Notes under the pieces: model-generated
The model's input: the letters and a program-made list of their open reading frames with translations, nothing else
Told to the model about the DNA's origin: nothing
Database searches by the model: none
Part shown: piece after piece, positions 20,605 through 29,775 of the stretch
Numbering within the stretch: the first letter of the stretch is position 1
Layout of the letters: the number at the start of each line of letters is the position of its first letter
Made by a program: the position numbers and the translations under genes
Assembly (NCBI GenBank): GCA_963805975.1
Contig: CAWDVR010000001.1
Span: 1,216,001-1,280,000 of the forward strand
Direction: 5' to 3'
Length of the DNA: 64,000 bases
Source: an uncultured Acidobacteriota bacterium
GTDB taxonomy: Bacteria; Acidobacteriota; Thermoanaerobaculia; Multivoradales; SZUA-115

Positions 20605-21600
20605 GTGAGCGCGCCCGAGGTACTGGTCTCCGACCTTCTGGGCGACGAGCTCACGGACCTGAAGCTCAAGGTGCTGGCGGGCGAGTCCCACCTCGACAAT
20701 CTGATCACCAACCCGCGGGTGCAGAAGCCCGGCCTCGCCTTCGCCGGCTACTTCGACTACATCAAGCCGGGCCGGGTGCAGATCGTGGGCGAGAGCGAGA
20801 CCGCCTACCTCGCCACCGTCTCCGCCGCCGAGCGCCGCCGGCGCTTCGAGATCATCGCCAAGATGCCGGTGCCGGTGTTCGTGATCACCAAGGGGATCCG
20901 GCCCCTGCCCGGTTTTCTCGACGCCTGCAAGCGGCGCGAGGTGCCGGTGCTGTCTTCGCTCGCCCTTTCCTCCGAGGTCATCCGCCGCATCAGCTACTTC
21001 CTGGAGGACCACCTCGTCCCCACCACCCACATCCACGGCGTGCTGGTGGACGTCTACGGCCTCGGCGTGCTGCTCATCGGCTCGAGCGGCGTGGGCAAGA
21101 GCGAGCTCGCCCTGGACCTCATCTCGCGCGGCCACAGCCTGGTGGCGGACGACCGGGTGACGGTGCGGCGCTACCCCCCGGACGACCTCGTCGGCTACGC
21201 CGAGGGGCCGCTGCGCCACCACATGGAGCTGCGTGGCCTGGGGATCATCAACGTGCAGGACCTGTTCGGCCTGGCGGCGGTGCGCGAGCGGCGGCCGATC
21301 GACCTGGTGGTCGAGCTCGAGCCCTGGGTGGACGGCAAGGCCTACGAACGGCTCGGTCTCGACGAGACCGTCTTCCACATCCTCGATTCCCCCTGCCCCT
21401 ACATCAAGATGCCGGTGGCCGTGGGCCGCAACGTCGCCATGCTGGTCGAGATCGCGGCGCGCAACCACGTGCTCAAGCTCCAGGGGCATCACTCGGCGCG
21501 CGAGTTCGCGCGCAAGCTCGAGCAGGAGCTGGAGCGCAACCGCCATCACCGGCAGCGCAAGGGGCGGACCGCGGGGGCTGAACCGCCGCCGCAATCATGA
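20605..21600 (+). CDS. hprK: HPr kinase/phosphorylase
   Basis: HGVLVDVYGLGVLLIGSSGVGKSELAL, LVADD, ELRGLGIINV. Confidence 0.97.
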   Translation: MSAPEVLVSDLLGDELTDLKLKVLAGESHLDNLITNPRVQKPGLAFAGYFDYIKPGRVQIVGESETAYLATVSAAERRRRFEIIAKMPVPVFVITKGIRPLPGFLDACKRREVPVLSSLALSSEVIRRISYFLEDHLVPTTHIHGVLVDVYGLGVLLIGSSGVGKSELALDLISRGHSLVADDRVTVRRYPPDDLVGYAEGPLRHHMELRGLGIINVQDLFGLAAVRERRPIDLVVELEPWVDGKAYERLGLDETVFHILDSPCPYIKMPVAVGRNVAMLVEIAARNHVLKLQGHHSAREFARKLEQELERNRHHRQRKGRTAGAEPPPQS

Positions 21601-22478
21601 GCCACGAAACGCGCTGCCGCCTGGTGCTGGTCACCGGTCTGTCGGGATCGGGCAAGAGCACGGTTGCCAACTGCTTCGAGGACCTCGGCTACTACGTGGT
21701 CGACAACCTGCCCCTGCCCCTGCTCGAGCCGCTGCTCGCCAACCCGGCCGGGCTGGTGGAGGGCCACGACCGCATCGCGGTGGTCACGGACGTGCGGGCG
21801 CCGGGCTTCGCCGAACGCGCCCCCGGCCTGGTGGACTCGATCGATCGCAAGGCGGTGGAGGTCGCACTGCTCTTTCTCGAGGCCTCCGACGAGGCCCTGG
21901 TGCGCCGCTTCTCGGAGACCCGACGGCCTCATCCCCTGGCCGCGACCGGCACGCTGATCGAAGGCATCCGCCGCGAGCGCGACCTGCTCGCCGACCTCCG
22001 CGGCCGCGCCGACATGGTGGTCGACACCAGCGAGTTCTCGATCCACGAGACCCGCAGCCTGATCTACAGTGAGTTCGCCACCGAGCCCGGCGAAGAGCCG
22101 TCGATGACCGTGTCGGTGGTGAGCTTCGGTTTCAAGCGCGGCATCCCCTACGGCACGGACCTGCTCTTCGACGTGCGCTTCCTTCCCAACCCCCACTTCG
22201 TTCCCGGCCTGCGGGAGCTCACCGGGCAGGACGCGGCGGTGCTGGCCTATCTCGAGGCGGAACCAGACTTCGCCGAGCTGGTCGCCCGCTTGAAAGACCT
22301 CCTCCTCTACCTCCTGCCGCGCTACCGGCGGGAGAACCGGAGCTACCTCTCGGTGGCCATCGGCTGCACCGGCGGCAGGCACCGCTCGGTGGCGGTGGCC
22401 GAGCGCCTGGCGGGGGAGCTCGGCAGCGCCGGCTGGCCGGTGCGCCTGATCCACCGCGACTGCTCCCGCACTCCGTAA
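21597..22478 (+). CDS. rapZ: RNase adapter RapZ (YvcJ family)
   Basis: GLSGSGKS, DNLP, SFGFKRG, GCTGGRHRSV. Confidence 0.96.
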   Translation: MSHETRCRLVLVTGLSGSGKSTVANCFEDLGYYVVDNLPLPLLEPLLANPAGLVEGHDRIAVVTDVRAPGFAERAPGLVDSIDRKAVEVALLFLEASDEALVRRFSETRRPHPLAATGTLIEGIRRERDLLADLRGRADMVVDTSEFSIHETRSLIYSEFATEPGEEPSMTVSVVSFGFKRGIPYGTDLLFDVRFLPNPHFVPGLRELTGQDAAVLAYLEAEPDFAELVARLKDLLLYLLPRYRRENRSYLSVAIGCTGGRHRSVAVAERLAGELGSAGWPVRLIHRDCSRTP

Positions 22479-22490
22479 TAAAATCGATCG

Positions 22491-22949
22491 ATGTTCTCGA
22501 CGCTCATCGTTTCCCAGGGCGGCCTGGCCCGCGAGCTGGTGGCGACCGCCCGCCAGATCATGGCCGAGCCCGTGCCGCTCGAAGCGCTCACCCTGGAGTG
22601 GGAGGACGACCTCGAGGCGGCGCGCTCCAAGGTCCGACAGGCGGTGGACCGGCTACGCGGCGAGGACGGCGTGCTGGTGCTGGTCGACATGGCGGGCTCG
22701 ACGCCGTGCAACGCCGCGGTGAACGCGGCCGAAGCGGGCGGTGTCGAGGTGATCGCCGGCGTCAACCTGCCGATGGTGCTGCGCCTGGCCTGCGGTGCGG
22801 CCCAGGCCTCGGGGCTGGCGGAGTGCGCGGCCTGGCTGAAGGCCAAGGGGCAGAAGAGCATCAGCCGGCCCGAGCGCTGCGGCTGGCCCGAATCGCCCTG
22901 CGACGAGACCCGCGGCGACGAGAACAGTGGGGGAGGGGCCGGGTCTTGA
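22491..22949 (+). CDS. PTS EIIA component, mannose/fructose family (His replaced by Gln)
   Basis: LVLVDMAGSTPCN and GVNLPM motifs; N-terminal LIVSQG instead of the usual xxHG. Confidence 0.85.
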   Translation: MFSTLIVSQGGLARELVATARQIMAEPVPLEALTLEWEDDLEAARSKVRQAVDRLRGEDGVLVLVDMAGSTPCNAAVNAAEAGGVEVIAGVNLPMVLRLACGAAQASGLAECAAWLKAKGQKSISRPERCGWPESPCDETRGDENSGGGAGS

Positions 22950-23212
22950 TCGAGCGCGAGGTCGAGATCGTCAACCGGCTGGGCCTCCACGCCCGGGCCG
23001 CGGCCAAGCTGGTGAAGACCGCCGGCGGCTTCCGCGCCCAGATCCACGTGGAGAGGGACGGCGAGGTGGTGGACGCCAAGAGCATCCTCGGCCTGATGAT
23101 GATGGCCGCCGCCCAGGGCACATGGGTGAAGCTGCGTTGCGAAGGCGAGGACGAGGCACTGGCGATGACCGCCGTCAGCCAACTGATCGCTGACCGCTTT
23201 CAGGAAGAGTGA
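22946..23212 (+). CDS. ptsH: Phosphocarrier protein HPr
   Basis: NRLGLHARAA (His15) and DAKSILG (Ser46); TTG start overlaps the upstream TGA. Confidence 0.95.
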   Translation: MIEREVEIVNRLGLHARAAAKLVKTAGGFRAQIHVERDGEVVDAKSILGLMMMAAAQGTWVKLRCEGEDEALAMTAVSQLIADRFQEE

Positions 23213-24975
23213 TGCCGAGCGACGGCCCGGCCATGCAGGAGATCGAGGGATTGGGAGTCGCGCCGGGGATCGCCATCGGCCGCGCGGTGTGCCTGAAGAC
23301 TCACGCGGTCGAGGTCTATCGCCTACCGATCGAGGCCGCGGGCCTGGACGCCGAGGTAGCGCGCTTCCACGAGGCCAACCGCCGCGCGCAGCAGGAGATC
23401 CGCCGCATCCGCGACAACGTCCGCGAGCAGTTGGGGGACGAGCTGGGAGAGATCTTCGAGGCGCATTCCCTGTTCCTGGACGACCCCGCCTTTCTCGGGC
23501 GCATCGAGCGCAAGATCCGCGAGGAGCTGGTCAATGCCGAGTGGGCGGTCTATCGCACCGCCGAGGAAATGGCGGAGCGGTTCGCGGCGGTCGAGGACGA
23601 GTACATCCGGGAGCGCCACGAGGATCTCTGGGACGTGGCGCACCAGCTCCTGCGCAGCCTCCAGGGCGTTCCCCACCACGAGATCTCCGAGCTCGAGGGC
23701 GAGGTGGTCGTGGTGGCCGACGAGCTCACCCCTTCGCATGCCCTGCGCCTGGGCCGGGAGAACGTGCTCGGCTTCGCCATCGAGTCCGGCGGCAGGACCT
23801 CGCACACCACCATCATCGCGCGCTCGCTCAACCGGCCGCTGGTGAGCGGTCTGGACGGTCTCTCGGCGCTGGTGACCGACAACGACCCGGTGATCGTGGA
23901 CGGCGAGACCGGCAAGGTGATCCTCCATCCCACCGACGAGACGCTGGCCCGCTACCGCACCCGGCAGCGCGAGCTGGCCGCGCGCGACCAGGCCGCCCTC
24001 GCCACCCGCGCCTTGCCTGCGACCTCGCGCGACGGCACGACGATCCACCTGATGGCCAACATCGACCTGCCGGAGGAGATCGGCACCGCGCTCGAGCTGG
24101 GGGCGACGGGCGTCGGCCTCTACCGCAGCGAGTTCCTCTACATCGAGAAGAGCCCGCAGCTCCCCAGCGAAGAGGAGCATTTGCAGATCTACGGCGCCCT
24201 GGCGAGGGCTGCCGCGCCCCACCCGGCGATCATCCGCACCTACGATCTGGGAGGCCGCAAGCTGGCGCGAGAGATGCTGCACACGCGGGAGGAGAACCCG
24301 GTGCTCGGCATGCGCGGCATCCGAGTCACCCTGGCCCGCCCGGAGATGTTTCGCACCCAGATCCGCGCTCTGCTGCGTGCCGCGCTCGAGGGCGACCTGT
24401 GGGTAATGATCCCGCTAGTATCAACTTTAGAGGAAGTAAGAAAATTCAAGTCTTTCGTTCGAGTCGTGTCTGCAGAGCTCGAAGCTGAAGGCGTCCCCTT
24501 CCGCAAGGATCTCAAGCTGGGGATCATGATCGAAGTGCCCTCGGCGGCGATGATCGCCGACCGCCTGGCGCCGGAGGTCGACTTCTTCTCGATCGGCACC
24601 AACGACCTGATCCAGTACGCCATGGCCGTGGACCGCAACAACGAGCACGTGGCCGCGCTCTACCAGCCCATGCATCCAGGGATCCTGCGCATGCTACGCT
24701 TCGTCGCGGAGAGCGCGCGGCACGCCGGGATCGAGGTCTCGGTCTGTGGGGAGATGGCTTCGGACCCTCGCCTGGCTGCCTTGCTGCTCGGGCTGGGGCT
24801 GAGGCGCCTCTCCATGGCTCCGCGTTCGATCCCGGCAATCAAGACGTTTCTGCGCGGACAGCGGATCCGAGCCTTGGAGGCGCTGGCCAAGGAGTGCCTG
24901 GAGCTGGGCACCGCCGCCGAGGTCGAGGCGCGAGTGGCAGCCACGTTGCCCAGCCTCTGGTCTGGGCAACTCTGA
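23209..24975 (+). CDS. ptsI: PEP-protein phosphotransferase (enzyme I)
   Basis: GGRTSH, GLYRSEFL, ENPVLGMRG, SIGTNDLIQY, VCGEMA. Confidence 0.97.
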   Translation: MMPSDGPAMQEIEGLGVAPGIAIGRAVCLKTHAVEVYRLPIEAAGLDAEVARFHEANRRAQQEIRRIRDNVREQLGDELGEIFEAHSLFLDDPAFLGRIERKIREELVNAEWAVYRTAEEMAERFAAVEDEYIRERHEDLWDVAHQLLRSLQGVPHHEISELEGEVVVVADELTPSHALRLGRENVLGFAIESGGRTSHTTIIARSLNRPLVSGLDGLSALVTDNDPVIVDGETGKVILHPTDETLARYRTRQRELAARDQAALATRALPATSRDGTTIHLMANIDLPEEIGTALELGATGVGLYRSEFLYIEKSPQLPSEEEHLQIYGALARAAAPHPAIIRTYDLGGRKLAREMLHTREENPVLGMRGIRVTLARPEMFRTQIRALLRAALEGDLWVMIPLVSTLEEVRKFKSFVRVVSAELEAEGVPFRKDLKLGIMIEVPSAAMIADRLAPEVDFFSIGTNDLIQYAMAVDRNNEHVAALYQPMHPGILRMLRFVAESARHAGIEVSVCGEMASDPRLAALLLGLGLRRLSMAPRSIPAIKTFLRGQRIRALEALAKECLELGTAAEVEARVAATLPSLWSGQL

Positions 24976-25001
24976 CCCGGAGCCAGGCTCCAGAGAAAGC
25001 C

Positions 25002-25844
25002 ATGCGCCGCATCCAACCCAGAGTCATCGCCTGCTGCTGGAGCGCGGTCTTGTTGGCGCTCGCGCTCACCGCCTGCGCCTCGCGAACCAAGCCATCCTCG
25101 TCCCTCTCGCCGCCCACCTCCACCCCGGTGGCCGAGGCTCCGAGGGAACCTGTCACGCCTGCGGCGGAGCCGGCTCCCCAGTCGAAGCCAGCCCCGTCGC
25201 GGCCGGCAGAGCCGACCACCGTGGTGCTGGACAGCGGCGAAGAGACGGCCGAGCAACCCCGGAGCCTGCTCGAGGCATCGCGCCTGGCCAAAGAGAGACA
25301 GCGGACTGCTGGCCAGCCGGTCGCCGTGATCACCAACGAGAACCTCGGCGAGTACGCGAGCCGGGGAAGGCTGACTGTGATCCACCCGGCCCCCAAGCCG
25401 GCTTCCGAGGAACTTGCCGAGGAGGAGGGGACAGCCACCCCCTCGGGGGAGGCCGGTCGGGGGAAGAATGAGACGTACTGGCGAACGACCGCCCTGTCCC
25501 TGCGGGAGAAGTGGCGTGCAGCGCTCGACGCCGTGGTCGAGCTCGAGGCTCGAGCCGAGGCGCTCCGGCACCAGTTCTACAGCCAGGAGGACGTCTATCT
25601 CCGTGACACGCGCGTCAAGCCGGCCTGGGACCGTGTGCTCGACCGACTGGAAGAGGCCCGGCGCGAGTCGGAGTCGGGGCGCACCGAGCTGACAGACTTT
25701 CTCGACGAAGGCCGCCGCGCCGGCGCCCTCCCGGGCTGGCTGCGCGAGGGCATCGAGCTGGAGCCGGAAGAGCAGCGGACCTTCGAAGACGACCTGCCGG
25801 AGGCGGAAGCCGTGGAACCGGTTACGATCGACGACACACCATGA
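25002..25844 (+). CDS. Hypothetical lipoprotein
   Basis: Lipobox LALTA-C, Pro-rich linker, VITNENL motif, coiled coil. Confidence 0.7.
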   Translation: MRRIQPRVIACCWSAVLLALALTACASRTKPSSSLSPPTSTPVAEAPREPVTPAAEPAPQSKPAPSRPAEPTTVVLDSGEETAEQPRSLLEASRLAKERQRTAGQPVAVITNENLGEYASRGRLTVIHPAPKPASEELAEEEGTATPSGEAGRGKNETYWRTTALSLREKWRAALDAVVELEARAEALRHQFYSQEDVYLRDTRVKPAWDRVLDRLEEARRESESGRTELTDFLDEGRRAGALPGWLREGIELEPEEQRTFEDDLPEAEAVEPVTIDDTP

Positions 25845-27220
25845 CCCTCGACCCTCGAACCACTCCCCGGCGCTTCTTCATCGAGACCTGGGGTTGCCAG
25901 ATGAACGAGCTGGACTCGCAGCGCATGGCGGGGCAGCTCATCCAGCAGGGGATCCTGCCCACCCGAGACCCGGGCCAAGCCGATGTCATTCTGCTCAACT
26001 CCTGCAGCGTAAGGGAGAAAGCGGTGCAGAAGGTCTACTCGCGGCTCGGAGAGTACCGGCGCCTGAAGCTGGAGAACGACGAGCTGCTCATCGGCCTCTG
26101 CGGCTGCGTGGCCCAGCAGGAAGGGGAGAGCGCCCTCGCTCGCGTGCCGGACCTCGATTTCGTGATCGGTCCGGCGCGGGTGGGGGAGCTGAAGCAGGTT
26201 CTCGCCGAGCGCCGGGCGGGGCGACGGGTCGTTGCCACGGGTTTTCCAGAGGAGCGCAGTTTCGAGATCGATGCCATCTCCCGGGACGGCGACTACAAGG
26301 GGATGGTCACCATCATCGAGGGCTGCAACAAGAAATGCACCTTCTGCATCGTCCCTTTCACCCGCGGCCCGGAGCGCAGCCGCCGGATCGACGAGGTCCT
26401 TCACGATGTCCGCCACCTTCTCGACTACGGCTTTGTCGAGATCGAGCTCCTGGGCCAGACAGTCAACCACTGGCGCGATCCGGAACAGGATCTTGACTTC
26501 GCGGACCTGCTCGAAGCGGTGGCCGCGCTCGAGGGATTGAAGCGCCTGCGTTTCGTGACCTCCTACCCGCGAGACTTCTCGCCGCGGATGGTCGAGCAGA
26601 TCGGCCGCCGCCCGAACATCTGTCCCTACCTGCATCTGCCCGTTCAGTCCGGCTCCGACCGCGTGCTGCGGCGCATGGGTCGCGGCTACACGATTGGTGA
26701 GTACCTCGATCTGGCCCGACAGCTCCGTGCGGCGCGCCCCGGTCTCGCCCTGTCCACCGACCTGATCGTCGGCTTTCCCGGCGAAACGGCGGAGGACTTC
26801 GAGCAGACCCTCGCCTTGGTCGAACGGGTTCGCTTCTCGAGCTTGTTCGCCTTCTGTTACTCGCCCCGGCCTGGTACGGCCGCTCCAAAGCTCGACGGTG
26901 CCGTAGAGCCGGAAATCGCGCAGCGCCGGCTGCAGGAGCTCCTGGCCCTACAGATCCCGATCCAGCGCGAGCTCAACTCGAGCCTGGTGGGGGAGGAGAT
27001 GGAGGTGCTGGTGACCGGCGGAGGGAAGGAGCCGGGAGCCCAACAGGGTCGCACGGCGTGCCACCGGATCGTTCATTTCCAACCGCCCCGGCCGCTGCCG
27101 CTCGGCAGCCTGACGCGAGTGCGGATCGAGACCGCTCTGCCACACAGCCTGCGTGGAGCTTCTCTCGAGTCGATGCCGTTGTCCCACCACGGCGCTCCTG
27201 GTCTGCACGTTCTGGCGTGA
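25841..27220 (+). CDS. miaB: tRNA methylthiotransferase MiaB
   Basis: TWGCQMNELDS, NSCSVREKA, radical SAM CNKKCTFC, C-terminal TRAM domain. Confidence 0.95.
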   Translation: MTLDPRTTPRRFFIETWGCQMNELDSQRMAGQLIQQGILPTRDPGQADVILLNSCSVREKAVQKVYSRLGEYRRLKLENDELLIGLCGCVAQQEGESALARVPDLDFVIGPARVGELKQVLAERRAGRRVVATGFPEERSFEIDAISRDGDYKGMVTIIEGCNKKCTFCIVPFTRGPERSRRIDEVLHDVRHLLDYGFVEIELLGQTVNHWRDPEQDLDFADLLEAVAALEGLKRLRFVTSYPRDFSPRMVEQIGRRPNICPYLHLPVQSGSDRVLRRMGRGYTIGEYLDLARQLRAARPGLALSTDLIVGFPGETAEDFEQTLALVERVRFSSLFAFCYSPRPGTAAPKLDGAVEPEIAQRRLQELLALQIPIQRELNSSLVGEEMEVLVTGGGKEPGAQQGRTACHRIVHFQPPRPLPLGSLTRVRIETALPHSLRGASLESMPLSHHGAPGLHVLA

Positions 27221-27278
27221 TCCAGCCGGCGGCAGTCCACGTCTTGACGGCCTCCTGACGCAGGCTCACAATAGGCCA

Positions 27279-27773
27279 ATGGCCGACACCGAGCTCAAGA
27301 TGGAGATCCGCGGGTTGATGCTGGACCCCGCCTCCAACCTGCCGATCGTCATCCTGCGCGAGGAAAGCGGCCAACGCATGCTGCCGATCTGGATCGGCGT
27401 TTTCGAGGCCAACGCGATCGCGCTGCGGATCGATGGCTTCGAGCCCGCGCGGCCGATGACCCATGACCTCCTCCTGAACACCTTCCGCGAGCTGGGTGCC
27501 CAAATCGAGAAGATCGTGATCTCCGATCTCAAGGACACCACCTTCTTTGCCGTCATCCACATGAGCCAGGGAGAGCGGCAGAGCAGGATCGACTCACGTC
27601 CCAGCGACGCCATCGCCCTGGCTTTGCGGGCAGACGCCCCGATTTTCGTCCTGAGCTCCGTGCTCGACAAGGCCCAAGCCGCGGACCGCGCCTCGGAAGT
27701 CAGCGACGAGGAGCAGCTCAAGAAGTGGCTGGAGGAGATTAGTCCCGAAGATCTCGGAAAGTACACGATGTGA
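27279..27773 (+). CDS. Bifunctional nuclease family protein (DUF151)
   Basis: LPIWIGVFEANAI, RPMTHDLL, IDSRPSDAIALA. Confidence 0.92.
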   Translation: MADTELKMEIRGLMLDPASNLPIVILREESGQRMLPIWIGVFEANAIALRIDGFEPARPMTHDLLLNTFRELGAQIEKIVISDLKDTTFFAVIHMSQGERQSRIDSRPSDAIALALRADAPIFVLSSVLDKAQAADRASEVSDEEQLKKWLEEISPEDLGKYTM

Positions 27774-27832
27774 CGAGGGTCCGGCCTCTCGTTTCTCCCC
27801 CTAACTCCAATTAAGACAGTAAGTTGCGGTCA

Positions 27833-27850
27833 ATGTCGGCGCGCCGACAT
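27833..27850. promoter_or_regulatory. Perfect 18-bp palindrome ATGTCGGCGCGCCGACAT (candidate parS or operator)
   Basis: Self-complementary; just upstream of the predicted parA promoter TTGACC(27865)-18 bp-TACACT(27889). Confidence 0.5.
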
Positions 27851-27904
27851 CGAGGCTCGTGTCCTTGACCGTCTGTGAAGCGTTCCCATACACTCTCCGC
27901 GGTC

Positions 27905-28666
27905 ATGATCATTGCCATCACGAATCAGAAGGGCGGCGTCGGCAAGACCACGACCGCGATCAACCTCTCTGCAGCACTCGCCGGAAAAGGCCTCAGGACT
28001 CTCCTGCTGGACCTGGATCCACAGGCCAATAGCTCCATGTCCTATATCGACGTACGCAATCTTACCGGCCCCACGTTGTACGACGCGTTGACCGAACCAA
28101 GCGTCCACTTGGCCGACACCGTACGCCCTATCGAGCGGTTTCCTAACCTGTTCATCTCGCCCTCGACCATCTCTCTGGCCAAGATCGAGGCAAAGCTCCT
28201 CGGTGAGCTCGACAGCCACTACCGGCTCAAGGATGAGCTGGACAAGGTCCATGAACAGTTCGACTACGTGATCATCGACACTCCGCCAACGCTCGGCATC
28301 ATTACCTTCAACGCCCTGGTCGCCGCCACCCACGTTCTGGTTCCGGTGCAGTCCAGCTACTTCGCGCTGGAGGGAACGGACGACCTGCTCGACACGATCG
28401 ACAAGATCAAGCTGCGAGCCAACCCGCAGCTCCAGATCCTGGGCGCGCTCATCACTCTGTATGACAAGAGAACGGTGCTGTCCAAAGACATTCAGCGGCA
28501 GATTCACGAGGTGTTCGGCGACAAAGTCTTCAAGACCGTGATCTCGAAGAGCGTCCGTCTCGAGGAGAGCCCTGCTTACCACGAGCCGATCTTCACCTTC
28601 GCGCCCAACTCGAGCGGCGCCTACGAGTACTACAAGCTCACTGAGGAGGTGTTGAGCCGTGTCTAG
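27905..28666 (+). CDS. parA: ParA/Soj family ATPase
   Basis: NQKGGVGKTTT deviant Walker A, DLDPQAN, IIDTPP, SVRLEESP. Confidence 0.95.
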   Translation: MIIAITNQKGGVGKTTTAINLSAALAGKGLRTLLLDLDPQANSSMSYIDVRNLTGPTLYDALTEPSVHLADTVRPIERFPNLFISPSTISLAKIEAKLLGELDSHYRLKDELDKVHEQFDYVIIDTPPTLGIITFNALVAATHVLVPVQSSYFALEGTDDLLDTIDKIKLRANPQLQILGALITLYDKRTVLSKDIQRQIHEVFGDKVFKTVISKSVRLEESPAYHEPIFTFAPNSSGAYEYYKLTEEVLSRV

Positions 28667-29534
28667 CGCCACCGTCGTCACCAAACGCCGCGGGCTGCCG
28701 GATCGGGTGCGGATGCGTCACGAGCCGCATTTCGTCGAAGAGCTCACCAGCCGCCACGAGACGCCGGTGGGTCGGTTCATGCCGATGTCCGAGATCGAGC
28801 TCGATCCCCGGCAGCCACGCTCGGCGATGGGAGATCTCTCGGAGCTCGCGGCCTCGATCCGCACGAAGGGAATTCTCGAACCCATTCTGGTTCGCCCTCG
28901 ACCCGCCAGCGAGGAAGAGCCGGGAGCGCCCTACCGGATCATCTCCGGCGAGCGCCGCTTTCGAGCAGCCCAGGAGGTCGGCCTCTACGAGGTTCCGGTG
29001 ATCGAGATGGAGGTCAGCGAGGAAGAGGCCCTCGAGATTGCTCTCATCGAGAATCTCCAGCGTAAAGATCTGACGCCTTTCGAGGAAGCCGAAGGCTATC
29101 GGGCGCTTTCCGAGATCCATGGTTACACCCAGGAAGAAGTGGCAAGCTCGGTGGGGAAGTCGCGCACTGTGGTCACCGAGGCCCTGTCGCTGCTCCAGAT
29201 CCCACCTCGGGTGCGAAATGCAGTCCAGGCTTTGGGCGTTGGGTCGAAGTCGGTTCTGTTAGAGGTGCTGAAGGCCGGTGGCGAGGACGAGATGATCCAG
29301 CTCCTCGAACAGGTGGCACGTCAGGGACTCAACCGCGATGACCTCCGTCGAAAGCTACGCAACAAGGAGACGGCCAAGGGCGGGCGGCGCAAACCCTACG
29401 TGTTCAAGTTCAGGGCTCCAGACAAGACGTTCAGCCTGGCTTTGACCTTCCGCCAGAGCGCCGTGGACAAGGTCGATCTCATCGCTGCGCTCGAGCAGAT
29501 CCTGCGCGAGCTCCAAGCAGACAAAGACGGTTGA
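28659..29534 (+). CDS. parB: ParB/Spo0J family partition protein
   Basis: PRQPR, GILEPILVR, ISGERRFRAA CTP-binding motif, ALIENLQRKDL, HTH (TQEEVASSVGKSR). Confidence 0.93.
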   Translation: MSSATVVTKRRGLPDRVRMRHEPHFVEELTSRHETPVGRFMPMSEIELDPRQPRSAMGDLSELAASIRTKGILEPILVRPRPASEEEPGAPYRIISGERRFRAAQEVGLYEVPVIEMEVSEEEALEIALIENLQRKDLTPFEEAEGYRALSEIHGYTQEEVASSVGKSRTVVTEALSLLQIPPRVRNAVQALGVGSKSVLLEVLKAGGEDEMIQLLEQVARQGLNRDDLRRKLRNKETAKGGRRKPYVFKFRAPDKTFSLALTFRQSAVDKVDLIAALEQILRELQADKDG

Positions 29535-29627
29535 CTCCGGACCCCGAGAGGGGCTCCAGCAAGGGCGGCTAGTGCGGTCTTTTTGCCGGGGATCGCGGCT
29601 CGATCGCGCCGCCGCATCATCGATATG

Positions 29628-29655
29628 ATGTCCGATAAGATATATTATGTCAACT
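29628..29655 (+). other. dif site (XerC/XerD chromosome dimer resolution)
   Basis: ATGTCCGATAA-GATATA-TTATGTCAACT: 11-6-11 layout, ATAA/TTAT inner ends, XerD arm close to TTATGTTAAAT (E. coli) and TTATGTAAACT (B. subtilis); intergenic and AT-rich. Confidence 0.88.
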
Positions 29656-29775
29656 TTAGCGTGCCGAATGCCGTGGGTTGGGCCACGCTGCTTGCTCGGG
29701 GGGCGCTTCTCCGCTCCTCGGTCTCCAGCTCGCATCAGGACGGCTCAGAGGCTTCGGTCCGTATAATCCGCTCCG

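Noticed and set aside
27905-29534. parAB as part of an integrated plasmid, prophage or dif-integrating element
   Set aside because: No rep, integrase or phage genes and no second dif-like att site seen; the flanks are core genes
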